A stretch of 63,931 bases of DNA, the filler included, from Perkinsus olseni (Eukaryota), in assembly GCA_013115125.1 (NCBI GenBank). It is 2 parts of 2 records of this genome, joined end to end, with 100 filler letters (N's around TTAATTAATTAA, not from the genome) between each part and the next. Parts side by side here need not be neighbours in the genome. Positions count along the whole stretch, not along the records: positions 32,024 to 63,931 come from JABANN010000408.1; 1 more part is not named here. One strand, given 5' to 3'. Below, piece after piece: positions 33,786 through 45,954 of this stretch; the stretch's first letter is position 1, and each line of letters starts with the position of its first letter. The translations under genes were made by a program, and so were the position numbers. Under the pieces are notes generated by a model. The model searched no databases. It was given only the letters and a program-made list of their open reading frames with translations, and was not told the DNA's origin.

Positions 33786-35582
33786 TCATCGTCTATCAAT
33801 TTCTCTGGTGTTGGAGACGAGCCATACAGCTCCTGGTAAACCTGAGCTCCGCAGTCCACATCGTTCCATCAGCTGCGGCCTCACCTTCTCCTCTTCCTCA
33901 GATGCTGCCTCGCTCGTCTCATCCGAGGCCTCCGCCCGAGCCCGCATCTTCTCCTTCACTGCAGCAGCCCGCTTCTCCTTTTCCTGTACCACCAGCTCAT
34001 CTCGCTTTGCCCGTCGTTCACGTAGCCGATCCAACTTGTTCAGCTGAAGGCATCGACCCGTTGAGACGAGGCGCATTGCCCGTGCTTATCGTCCAAGTCT
34101 AATCTCGAGCGACTTACTATTTCCACCGGGCAAACCAGTTGACAAATATACAACGAAATTACCGGCTGAACATGTGTCCGTGAGATCACAATTTGTCTCA
34201 AGCCATAGGGCCTGATACTGCGGATTAGCCCACTCACCTGTACGTCCAGCGACGGCCGTGCACCTATCGCAGCACCCGGGGCACCCCTCGCCTCCCAAAT
34301 TTTCTTGACAAGCTCATCCAATCGCAGGAGGTAGAGGATGCTCATTACTAGTATAAGACAGTAGCCGCTTGCAGCTGAGAAATTCCAGTACACCCAGGGA
34401 TTCTCTGATGGCACTTACACAGGTCAAGCACAAATGCCAGGAAGAAAACACGTAAAATCATCGACAAACGACGTCGTATTTCCGCCCCAGCTTCTGAAGA
34501 GAGGAACCGGGCAGTCGATTCCACACGAGGAGTGCTAATAGCGATTTCACCCACCCATGGCCCGTTGAGCTGCTTCCGCGTCATGCTGCTGCTGACGTTG
34601 ATGGAATGCAGCATCTGACAGGAGCAACCAAAACTGCCACAGAAGGACCGCGCTTTCAGCTGCCCACTCCTATTACTTCCTTCATTGTTCCCCTGAGCCC
34701 CTCCACGACCGCTACCATTGCCTAACAATGATTTAGCATCTTGTGCGGACACAATCCCATTCAGGCAGCCAACTTAAAAAGTTTACGACAATGAAGTAAG
34801 TGCTATGCTCAGCAACCGTCACCACCTCGGGCTATCGAATACTTTACTAGTGCTCGCCAGAGGTCTACGGAGGGGCGATACCGTAACAACCGCTTCAACG
34901 AACCCGTTCCACCCGCGCTTCAACCTCCCTACTACCTGTACCCTCGGGTTGCCGGACCTGTACTAATATGGAGGAGGTAACGGGCATTGGGCCATCAGAT
35001 AAGGCTGCGTCGAGAAGCGAGAGGCCCTGGTGATCAATGCTGCATGAGGATGAAAGCCGGAGAAGTCGTTACCTGGGCAGTATGTAGAGCTTCAACGGTC
35101 TTAAGCTGAGTTAAAATTAAACGCCATAGCTGTTCCTGAAAAGATGAAATCTCTTCTCAAAAACGGACGCCACAACCACAACCCACGGACTCTAGCACGA
35201 TGGACACATCACCGGAATCATCCTAGTCGAAAGTCGAGACTCGAAAGGCTCTACACAAACTCGCGTTGTTCTCAAGTTACTAGATAGAAAAGAGGAGCCA
35301 ACCATGATGATGCCATTGACACGCTTCGGCGAAGCGAACTTCGCTGAAGACCTTCCCAAGTCCAGCGGATCCACCAACTACGCTCGTGACTGCCGCGTGT
35401 TGTCCGTCCCAGTTGACTACCTGTGACTCGCACAGCATCATCATCTGCCTGCAGTACCTCTCATCCTCGTCAGTGATGACGCTACTACCCCCATTCGGAT
35501 GCGCAATGGGGGGCATGAAAAACGCCGACGGCTTTTCTGGGCCACTCGGACCACTTGAAGACATCGAAAAAACTAAAGTCAC
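33786..35582 (-). CDS. Hypothetical multi-exon protein(s) with hydrophobic segments and a charged coiled-coil tail
   Basis: Chain of protein-like minus-strand ORF pieces (35280-35582, 34348-34752, 34040-34414, 33786-34076) separated by GT-AG-like breaks. No family recognised; may be two genes. Confidence 0.35.
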
Positions 35583-36169
35583 ACCAAGCTGGTCAACTTA
35601 AATGCCGAAGACGGCCGTTGCTGCTCAGTAGGCGATGCTCATAGTATGGCTTTGTATGCAGCGACCTCGCCTTTGTTATACAGTACGGGTCATCTAGTAG
35701 AAGCGCTGAAAAATTTCTGTCAAGTTTAGAGTGCGCGGGCAGGAGTTACGGATAACCAAGTGTGGCGAACTCAATGGAGCCTAGGTCCTACGAAAATCCT
35801 ACGAAAATTAGGTCCTAACTCCCCCACACCGACGAAGGGCGGGCAGCCCCCCAGCTTGCGCGCTCCTGTAATAGTACGGCTCATGCAGAAGCTACTACAG
35901 TACTACTGAACGTTATGGTTGTATAATTTGTCAGTAAGAATAATACTAATATAACTATAACTCATCTCATGCCGCATGGTAATCTCTCGCCTCCCGTACA
36001 CTCATACCTAACCCATAGAAACGCCCGATGTCACTACTCGGTCCGGGATGATGATGATAAACGCGGAACAGCACGGCATGCAGAAAAGCACCATAAGGTT
36101 GGAACTGCAGGGTCCACAGAATTCAGTGTGAGATGCCCAAGGGCGTTCGTATATTCAGCACTCAGCAAT

Positions 36170-37997
36170 CTACGCGCTACTGTTAGTTGCAGGCAAGTTT
36201 CTGACGAGTCTCTGCTCGGCTTGCCAGGACTCCCCGGGGGCAACCTTCACGGGCTCTACCGCAACTGCTGCTTCGACGCAGACGTATCTGATTTCCACAT
36301 TCTATCAACCAGCGCGAACAAGCAAAGAGCACCAACGTGACAATTTCTCATTTTTCTCGAGCGAGTTAAGTCAAAGATACCATACACGAGGCCAGTACGG
36401 CGCGAACACTATCATTTACGTTCGCCTCGACACGAACAAGCCGTACGGCTGCTACTATCGATGCCATCAGTGATTGCTGTTCATGACAAACCACACTAAC
36501 CTCGCCACACCAGCCCGTGATGTAATCCGAGCCCTACTTCTTGTAATCGCCAGCGGGCATGTCGCCAAGTGAGTCACTGCCGATATTCCAAACGACAGTG
36601 TCGGGGAATGATGCGCTCTTCTCGATCGTGAAACTGATAGAAAAAGAGGCAAAAAACCCATCACCCAACACCTATAAAAGTCGACGTACATCGGTGAACC
36701 ATTGGAGATAATCTGAGCCGGGCCAGCTGCCTGCTTGTAAACCCTATCCACAATACCGCCCTGGAACTCTACAACAGAGTTCGGATCGTAACCTACAAGC
36801 CAGGGGAAGGCCACTCATAGGGTTGCGCACAGCGAAGATTCTCCGTTATATACAATTTTCGTCAGAATTTTTTACGTCATCCGCTACAGCGCAAGACGTC
36901 CCTTCATTCTGAGCCCCACCCAATCGCATTACACTCCTTCCCTCCCTGAGCCGTGTCGTTGTAATGATGCTCTCCAACACCCGCTACGGTGGTAGTAGAG
37001 ATATCAGGAATCGAGAAGTAACTAAAGGACCGTGTAACCACGATGATCGATCTCGTTCGAGTATTACGTATGAAGGGCTGTTGTGAACTCCATCGACTCA
37101 GCGCCTGTGTTCTCCACTTCCATTTGCATTCGCAAATAGTCACCACCCAGCGTGACGGTATATCGGAGCTCAAATTCAAATGGGCACTTCATAATACTCC
37201 TTGTGAACTCGCTCGGTCGGAGCTTCAATGTTACCTGTCTCAAATAGTCTATCACAACCATGGTAGATGCTAGCCGTCTTACGCAGGGGTCCTCATCGGT
37301 GCTGTAGCTGTCCAGTTCCCACTCAGTGTTCCTTGCAAAACCATGCTTTTGGAAGGGGCCCTTACCAGCAAACTGCGGCCAGCATATCTTGCAAACACTC
37401 GCATGAAAGCATCAAGTTGAGTTGCTCGAGCGGAACTAGTACTCACCCAGTATCCTAGGGCTATCCGATGGCCACAGGATAAGCAACAGCGCGCAGCGAA
37501 CCTTGTCCTCAATTTCAAACTATTCGCCATTGTCCACAATGGTTGGTAAAAATTATACCATTAATCGCGGTAATCATGATCATCATCAAAGTCGTGGCGC
37601 TCCCCTCTCTCACCGGAACTCCGCCCCTCATCGCTTTGCCATTCCCGTACTCTGCAGTAGGAGACATGTACAAATTGGAGTTGCCTGGAGGAACACGGTC
37701 AAGTGGTATATCATCAAACACCGACACCACCTTCTCGATCAGTCCACCTAGCTACATGAGCACCATAAAGGTAAATGTCGCATGATGCTTTCGGGTACTT
37801 GGGATGGCGGAGAGTCACCATCGGAAGATCTGAAACGGACGGTACGCTCGGATGGATAATGAAAGCATATCACGACTCGATTCTACGACCAAAAGACCGT
37901 GAGCGCAGTAACCGCTCTCTATAGAATAAAAAAAGGTCATTATGTTACCTCCTTTTCCTTTAGACACAACAAAATTGCCGGGAAGCGAGGATGCCAT
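36170..37997 (-). CDS. D-hexose-6-phosphate mutarotase / aldose 1-epimerase family, multi-exon
   Basis: KAMRGGVP, HGFAR-like, FTTALHT-YF, VDRVY, WNIG..LGDMP and YVCVEAA motifs across exons. ATG at 37997, TAG at 36170-36172. Confidence 0.88.
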
Positions 37998-38141
37998 TCG
38001 TACGTGAAAACCAACTACCCCCGTAATCACTCTACGGTCCGCTATCCAATACCACACCAATCCCTCTTCTTGGACTATAACACAAATCTAGGAGACAGCG
38101 TAGTGTATATAACAATAATATGATGACAATACGTTCCGTTA

Positions 38142-39377
38142 TCAATTGCAGACCCAGTCAGAGTCGAGTCCAGAAGGAACCCCGGGATTAGAACCCTTGC
38201 CGCAGCGATTATGATCTTCTTCGGGATGTACTTCGATGTCGACCACTTGCGGTCCACCGAAATCGAGCATCTGCTCCGGAGGCTGCGGGATGGCCTTAAC
38301 TGATGCCGCCAGAATGCCACCGCTTGCGTGGGCCAAGTCGTTCTTAGCTTCTGTTGTAGTCTCCCTTATGGGCCCTACCGGGTAACAGGACTCGCCGCTG
38401 ACGATAATGATACCAACATAAGCACTTGTGAGCTCATCTTCGGATAGAAGGCTCACTACACGGCCCACTCCAGAGCAAATCAGGATGTTCTCGTTGATCG
38501 GCCGGTTACCACGAGTAGCAGGGGGGCTCGTCAAGCCCATAGCAGCCTGATAGTCTTCCCCCGCAGCAACGATAGTCCGTCTGGGGGGTCCAAGAATGTG
38601 CACACGGTCAGCATCAGCTCTCTGATACGCCACGAACGCGTTTCCCAAGCCACCGATCGAGATGAGCATAACACCTTCGGGCAAGTGCTGGGCAGCCGGA
38701 GTATGAAGGGATTTTCCAGCTCCATCAGGATCAACTGCGCATAGAGCGGCAGCGGCTGCAGCAGCCTCAGCAGCCTGGTGAGTCTGTAAGGCGTCCCTAC
38801 GCATCTTCAACAGAGTTGCATCATTAGGAACACCACCACGATGGTGGGCAGCGGGAATACCACTTTCTTGGCGCTTCCTACCACGACTTCGGCGACCATC
38901 ACCGTCATCAACCTCAGCCCGAAGTTCAGCCGACAGCGCCTCCAAGGCAGCGAGGTCTCCTCCCAATTGCTCCAGCCGTAGACGATCAGAGAGAGCTTCC
39001 TCCACCGTCTTGCGAGTGGGACCAGAGAACCTCCTTCCTTTACTGCAGAATCCTCCTACAAACGCCTTCCTGGAGCGTTGGACTCCTTTCGGAAGAGGGA
39101 TCCCGGGCAGTTCTATGCCGCCGGCAGCACCACCATCACGTTCGTTATGGATCATATGCCGTTGCTTCTTACGGGGCGGAGGAGTAGCCGTGGCGGCTGC
39201 TGCCGCTTGAGAGAGCATCGACTGCGAAAAGCTCTCCATGGTAGCAGCGGCTGCCAGCGCGGCAACGGCCGCTTGGTCGTCAGGGTTGACGCCGCTCGGG
39301 CCACCATCTATCCCAAGGTGTCCTGTAAGCCCACACACTGCCGCAACTGCGTTTGCTGCTGATAAGTCGTTGTCCAT
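38142..39377 (-). CDS. Putative transcription factor with three AP2-like repeats
   Basis: Likely start MDNDL at 39377. Three repeats GV..(F/Y)V..GP.R.T..(E/A)A..D, Ala-rich linkers and basic NLS-like PRKKQR and RSRGRKR. Confidence 0.6.
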   Translation of the reverse strand: MDNDLSAANAVAAVCGLTGHLGIDGGPSGVNPDDQAAVAALAAAATMESFSQSMLSQAAAAATATPPPRKKQRHMIHNERDGGAAGGIELPGIPLPKGVQRSRKAFVGGFCSKGRRFSGPTRKTVEEALSDRLRLEQLGGDLAALEALSAELRAEVDDGDGRRSRGRKRQESGIPAAHHRGGVPNDATLLKMRRDALQTHQAAEAAAAAAALCAVDPDGAGKSLHTPAAQHLPEGVMLISIGGLGNAFVAYQRADADRVHILGPPRRTIVAAGEDYQAAMGLTSPPATRGNRPINENILICSGVGRVVSLLSEDELTSAYVGIIIVSGESCYPVGPIRETTTEAKNDLAHASGGILAASVKAIPQPPEQMLDFGGPQVVDIEVHPEEDHNRCGKGSNPGVPSGLDSDWVCN

Positions 39378-39501
39378 TATGCAGGAAAAGTGCAGGTTCA
39401 AATACTTGCACAAAATTATGACGACCACTCCGCTGTAGACGCACGTAATGAAACGGTTTCTCAGGCGGGGCTGCCAGAGGGCGAGCGCTAAAAATTTGTC
39501 C

Positions 39502-39573
39502 GGTCCTATAGTGTAGTGGTTAGCACTCTGGACTTTGAATCCAGCGACTCGGGTTCGAATCCCGATAGGACCT
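39502..39573 (+). tRNA. tRNA-Gln(TTG)
   Basis: Complete cloverleaf: acceptor GGTCCTA/TAGGACC, anticodon arm CTGGA-CTTTGAA-TCCAG, T arm TCGGG-TTCGAAT-CCCGA. Confidence 0.97.
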
Positions 39574-39823
39574 TTATCCGCTCTCGAAGCCGTAATGGAT
39601 GGCAATGGCAAGCGCCTGTTCTCGTGCACTGCCGAAACGATTCTTGTACATATTCCATCGAACCAGGCGAATGACGCTGCCAGGCCGTAGACGGGGGTGG
39701 ATTAACTGACGTCACCAGCTCATTCGGGACCGGTTTCTTTCTGTAGTCGGCCGGTGCTACACGCCGGCATGGGTGATGCCTCGCGTGATGCCTCTCATGC
39801 ATGCCTGATAGAGAGTCAGGACG

Positions 39824-42443
39824 ATGTCTTCACTGCAACGTCTGCTAGTTAGACAGCAGAATCGCAGCTAGCCCCCACTAAGTCCAAACCGCATCGACTG
39901 CTTGTCGTTGATGCCGTTGGAGCGGGCTTTGACCTTCCATCCAGATTACTCGTGGTCGGCCTGGCCTACTCTGCGGCTTCTGGATATGGCACAAAATCTC
40001 TATCGGGTGCCGGAGACAGGAGAGAGCTTCTGACGTTGCAGGGTGCTCATTTCCATCTGTTGAAGCAGAACCTCTGGCAGTCGTCTGGTTCAGATTTGCT
40101 TGATTTATACTGTCCATAAGCACCCCTGCCAATGGGGCCTGCCTCCGCTTCGGAGATTGCCACAACATTGCAAGGCCTGCCCTCCTTCACTGTCAATAAA
40201 CTAAAAGACTACTGCAGGTAGTAGCTGCTTTAACAACGTGGGAAAGGGTTGCGGGCTGCAATAGGAACAGAGCGCTCGTGCCATTCCGTAAATCAATGAG
40301 CATCGTGTTAGGCACATGAGCCTGAAAGTAACCGGCCGTAAAGCGGAGCTGGTAGAACGAATTCGTGCAGCGGTTGAGCAGAACCCCGACCTACTCACAG
40401 GTAATCTCGACTCTTCAGCTTGAATGTGACGCGCTACTCTCAGCGGCACTAGTCTGGCCACCGCTGCTTCTCCCCACTGGCCAAAAGAACCCCTCTAAGG
40501 GGAATTCTTCCCACGCTGCACCGGCGGGCAGGCGTCCCAAGGGGATAGGTAGTTCGGGCAAGCTGCCGGCGTTGGAGTCGAAAAATGCGCGTCAGCAGCA
40601 GCCGCCTCTCGTCTCGATCGGAAAGAAAGAATGCCGTATTTCCTTTATCCTTCGCACAGCTAATTCGCGTCCTAACGTGGACACTGCCTGCGGTATGAAG
40701 GCTATTCGAGATCCCGCCATCGAGGCCGCGTTCGCCCGCATGGACCCGTTCTGGCCTCTCGCCAGCACCGATAATGAGGTGCGAGTTCCCACCTCCTATC
40801 TGCAGGCGGATCGTTATCGATCACCCCAGGTGTATCCCCGTCATGGAATCTTCGGGCTCTGGCGGATCACTGGCGCGGGAACGTTCGAGACCCACGTGTC
40901 CGTTCCCGACAGCAGTTGTTCCTCGGTTACTGGCGCTCGCGTGTGGGCTAGGATGATAGCAATCCCTTCCAACATGGCCACCCATTCTGAGGGCAACAAC
41001 AACAACAACAAGTGGGAATCCGGGAAGGTCCATACGCAAACACGATCGTTCGCCTTTAGTTCCACCACTGGGAATGTATCTCTCCAGCACGTGTGGCCCT
41101 ACAGTTTCTTGCTCGAGTTTGATGACGGTGCCGGGATAAAGGTGGGTTCACTGCGGGCGTGACCGGTTGGACCGTATACGGGGCAGGTGTCGCCTCCTGA
41201 GCATCTCCGGAAACGTCGAGATTGTCCACTTGATATTACCGATTGCATACCGCCTCATCAGACCGCGGCACGGTTCAAGGTGAGACACTAACACACCGCT
41301 CACGGACGCGACTCCTCTCCTCCCTAGGTGACTGTGCAGTTGGACCCGAAATTAACCCTCTCCGCTGCTTCCCAACTGCATTATGTACTGGCCATCGTCA
41401 TGTGTGTACCGAAGGATCCTTCAGCTCTTCTCGCTGAGGTGATTCTGCTCGCCGACCGGTCGTCGGGGACTTTGGATGGATGTCCAGATACCGGTGGAGA
41501 ACGTACGGCTATCAGCGTCGCGGATGAGAAGCATATTATCTAGGAGACAAGATGAAGATGATCTGCAAATCAGCGGCAGTTCGGACGAAGTTGATGCGGA
41601 AACGCGGTAAGGTTCAAGCCACGCTTGCTCCTGCTAAGCCCGTCGCAGATCTCTCCGCCTAACATGCCCGCTGTCGTACATGAGGATGGATAACCCCGCC
41701 AGAGGCCGAGATTGCTCCCACATACAGGTGGGTTGGTGTGCCGTGGGGCTTCGGGTGAGAGCCGTTTATCAGTGCTTTGATTTGGAGTGGTTCATTCGGG
41801 CCCAAAAGATGATGGGCGCGTTCAACAATCGATGGAAATGTGCCATTTGTGACACCGTACTGCGGCCCGATGCGATGCTCATCGACGGTTACATATTGGG
41901 TATACTACGCTCAACAGAGGACTCGCAGGCCGAGGAGGTGAGAGCGCCGCCCGGGATCGCATGAGAAATGTAAACAGGTCTTCGTGACCAAGGCCACTGC
42001 GGAGTGGAGCGTCAGCCCGCCCGCGACCGACGAGGAACAGTCGGCCGCATTCAAGGTGGGTTGGACGGAGTCTTTTCGCACGATGTTGTTGGTCGCCATA
42101 CTGTAGGACACTCGCGACTCGGACGGCTGTTGTTCGTTCTCGACGGCCTCTACACGCTCTTCTGCGGTGGATGGTCAGGAGGATGGAGTAAGCAAGGAAA
42201 GTCCTCCCTCGTGACCGCGTATCGGACGTCCGCTCAGAATCTCGACACCAGTATGCCTCTCAAGCGGGCCCGTCTCGAAGACCGTACTGAGCACTTGACC
42301 GAGGCCTGTCAGGGGGCCTCTGATGAGTGAGGACGGCTTGTCTGTAGCGTGGAGTATTCCACTTCCACGTTTACTGTAGGCATCACGAAGAGAGCACCGG
42401 TGGAGTTGTTGACCTCTGCGATGACGATAGCGAGTGCTGCTGA
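39824..42443 (+). CDS. SIZ/PIAS-type SP-RING (MIZ) SUMO E3 ligase, multi-exon; 5' end uncertain
   Basis: [40 protein letters not shown] is an SP-RING. RMDPFW resembles SIZ1 RADPFW. The last exon has SIM-like VVDLCDDD before TGA at 42441-42443. Confidence 0.8.
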
Positions 42444-43546
42444 CGGTGGAGACCGCGACTCAGTTCTGTTGATGATGTTCCTTTCGATCTACCTATTCCT
42501 CTAATGTGTGATACAACGTTAATGCATCGTAACATTTTGTACAGTTTCGTGTGAGCAGCATACTCTAGGCCGTACAGTTTTGGGTTAAAGTCCACGTATC
42601 GTAACACTCCGCGTCTCTGGTGAATATCAATCCCGTGGAGACCGTCGAGTTAAACTCAGGAGAAACCAAAAGACTTCACACAAAAACCGGAGTTAGAAGC
42701 ATCTCCCACACTCATTCAATTGTGATGATCTCCCGCATGGTAAAAGAAGGCCTGACAGTAGCTGCTACTGAGTGGCCTGTGCACTCGTAAACAGCTGGCT
42801 ACTCGGAGCGAGCAGTCATATCATCATCTCCTCGCGGGGTCCTTGCAACGTGATGCACCTGCTGATGATATCAGAAGATGTGCGATCAATGCTCGCCCGG
42901 GGCCACTGGCATAGAAGATGGATCGCAATGGTGAATGTTCACACTCACACGAACGCGCAGACGATACTCGCGTGAATATGTGATACTGCGTCGCAGTTCT
43001 CGCGTCACTCAGCAGAATCTGCTCAGAATGTCGGGGGGACAGTGTTTACTTGTGCGCCTGCCCCAAAACTAGCACCAAACACTCGATAATTGTCCGTACG
43101 ACTATGACAAACGGACCCTCGAGGACTCGGCCCATCGTGTACGACACCCCCCCCCTCCAGCGGCAAGGCATGAGTTCCATATTCTACTTGCCCGCTTGCC
43201 CCCGCTCGGCGTTGGTGGCTCATCGATGGCGCGTGCAGGAGCCGCGTGTCTCATGCGATGCACCTGCTAAGCGTTGAAGTACATCCAGAAATCGCCACTA
43301 GGACGGCATCCGGGTAGAGCTGTCAACGTTTGGTCACGATATGTACCCTCCACACTGACTTCACCATGCACTGCATTACTCCATCCCATCGTCACACATA
43401 AATATCTTCCCTCCGAGGGGTGACACCGGACGAGCGCCACCAAATCGCAAGTCGCTCCCTGTCTCTTAGCGAGGGCACTCGGCTTAGCCAGGCTGCACAG
43501 AAAGATTCATATCGGGCATCTACATTCATGTCGATGTAGGGAGTCG

Positions 43547-44377
43547 GTGAGCCTCAGGATGCTGCACGGGCCGAGGCGTCCTCCACCAATGCAGAGCATG
43601 GTTGAAGCACGCGCATACACGAGGGACGTGCAACGTATGACACTCCCCATCCGTTGGCTATCTCATCGCTTTCATGCTTCTGCTTTCCTAATGCTCACTA
43701 AACGACCAACCTATATCGATTTGGACGATTGCCCGGAGAACTTCCTGGTTTGGTCTGGGACCTATCAATACTCCACTGCAAGGTCCGGTCGACAAGTCCT
43801 TGCTAGCATAAGGGGCTCAATAGTACGGTTGGCAGTGTATGCTATCAAACTAACCATTCTGACTCTCGCGGTGTTATCTATCGCCTGGTGGCCGTACTTG
43901 CTCGCATCATACGAGGCGAATGCTCTCACTATCTCGATCGAGAGTTTTGAGACCACGGCTCCTGTTGACTACACGTCTGCTTTTCTCGCACCTACCCGAT
44001 GCATGCGAGGGAGTGCCCTGCTGAAGATAACGTATGGAGGTTGGGAAGAGATCTCCGTCCGAAGCTTGGAAGCCGTCTTGGGTTTCAGCGATACAATGAA
44101 CGCGCCAGTTTACCTCAGCTTCGCTGACTTCCGGGTCACGTCACGGGCGGAGAGTAAAATCGCCGTTCCGTTTTATTTACGGATGTTCTTTATTGGAGAT
44201 TATGATCGCATGAGACGAGAGTCTGCCAATGGAACTCTCATAGTGAGCTTCGCAGAGTGCACGGTCGAGACGCGAGGTTTGAGATATATGAAAGACCTGG
44301 ATTATGCCGTTGGCGTTGAGAACTTTACGCTAGTGCCGTTCGACGACGATTCGGATATCGATATATTTGAAGCGTGA
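43547..44377 (+). CDS. Hypothetical single-pass membrane protein (LEA_2-like layout)
   Basis: 276-aa ORF with one strong TM segment (LAVYAIKLTILTLAVLSIAWW) followed by a beta-rich region. True start probably downstream; family is a guess. Confidence 0.5.
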   Translation: MSLRMLHGPRRPPPMQSMVEARAYTRDVQRMTLPIRWLSHRFHASAFLMLTKRPTYIDLDDCPENFLVWSGTYQYSTARSGRQVLASIRGSIVRLAVYAIKLTILTLAVLSIAWWPYLLASYEANALTISIESFETTAPVDYTSAFLAPTRCMRGSALLKITYGGWEEISVRSLEAVLGFSDTMNAPVYLSFADFRVTSRAESKIAVPFYLRMFFIGDYDRMRRESANGTLIVSFAECTVETRGLRYMKDLDYAVGVENFTLVPFDDDSDIDIFEA

Positions 44378-44449
44378 CTTTGGGAACTCTTTTATTGTAG
44401 CATTATTATTTATTTATTGTAGCATATCACAGGTAGCATTTAGAAGTGA

Positions 44450-45200
44450 TAACAACGCAGCCGATTGACTCTGCGTATGTGCCGAAGCTGCCCGGGTGTC
44501 CCTTAGAAATCCTGTCTGGAATCATTCGTGAGTTGTAGTTGAGTTGATCAATCAGAAAGGCAAAATCCACTCATGAGCGCTGATGAGCAGTCGCCTCTTC
44601 GGGCTGGTACGGTCGAGGTGGGAAAGCTGTACCATAACTGAGTGGCAGGGATCATCACAATATTGCTCAACTTTGTTGCAGTGGACCTCATGGACCCATC
44701 TCCTCTACGACATACGGCAGATTCATACCGACAGTCTAGGTTCCGCGGTTGTACGTGGACTGCTTCCAAGCTGCATTATGTCCATTGCAAGGAGTTTCCA
44801 CTCGAAACTCGAAACTTCCGAGTCTCGATATGTGTGTCTATCTTTTGATTGCTTTGTCTCACCCTCACTTCGCAACGCTCAACAGCTTTCCATCGTGAAA
44901 CCACTGAGTTGTCGCTAATGTAGGGCATGAGGAAGATTCAAGATCATGCTAAATGTCACACTGAATGCCACCTCAAGTCTGCTCAGAAGGTGATGAGGTC
45001 CTCGTGTGGGCCCCGATGGCGAGCGGCAGTCTAAAGAATGGGAAGACACCTTACCCTATCAAGAGAATCCCGACCCTGTCATCTCAGCGACCCTTCGGGG
45101 CAGCATCTCAGATTCCCTAAGGCCCTTACAAGTGAAAACTGGCGCGATCGGTTAACACGCTTCGAAGCCGGCAACAAGACCTTACTTCATTCTGGAAGAC
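44450..45200 (+). mobile_element. Possible decayed LTR-retrotransposon integrase remnant
   Basis: Fragments in integrase order: SERQNPLMSAD (SD.G..F.S-like), IMSIARSFHSKL, GDEVLVWAP and TPY. Many stops. Confidence 0.3.
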
Positions 45201-45954
45201 CTCGCGTGAATTTCCGAAGTCATCCATCGTCGCGTCGAGACCGAACTCATCGACATCATCGAAACGCTGATGGCGTCGAGGTTGCAACCACCGCGAGAAA
45301 CGCCTGCAGAGTGTGATCGACTGGAGGAGGACTGGGCGAGACGAACAACAGCCCACCTGTATCCACAAAGAAGTATTCCCGCAACTGATCCGAAAGCGAG
45401 AACGGCAAAAACGAGTGATCGAGTAGAAGATATTCCGGAAAGCGACCTGACCATACCGAGTTTGCGCGACAACAAGTAGCCACACAGGTGGCTCTGCGTG
45501 GTGGTTCGAAGAGATTATGTCGACTGGTCTTTGGATAAGCATCGTGTGAGACACGACAATGCGCAATCGCGGGATACTCAAGAATGAGGGGAGGGGAGCA
45601 TGCGAGGCTAGCATTGCGAGCCCACGAGTTGACTGAACAACAGCGATTGAACTACTCCATGGCGGAGAGTGGCTGTGCAGTGCTGCCGCGCTGTCTATTC
45701 AATGCAACTGTTGCGACACATAATCTTTCCTGGCCGCTGATGACGCAAAGAAAGTACCTGCAAGGAATGATTATGCGCCGCCTGTCAGGGTTCTTGACAT
45801 TCCTTCGTGATAGCCCTAGACCTACTCATCGACATCTCGTATCCACGTGGGCCTTGTGAAAAACGCTTTCGAACGATATGATCTCCCACCCATAGGAGGG
45901 TCGAGACGCGGAACTGTCATATCAATCGAACATGATGCTAGCTAGGCTTTATAC

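Noticed and set aside
39378-39629. N-terminal 84 aa of the 495-aa ORF
   Set aside because: Reads through the antisense of tRNA-Gln. The ATG at 39377 is the more plausible start.
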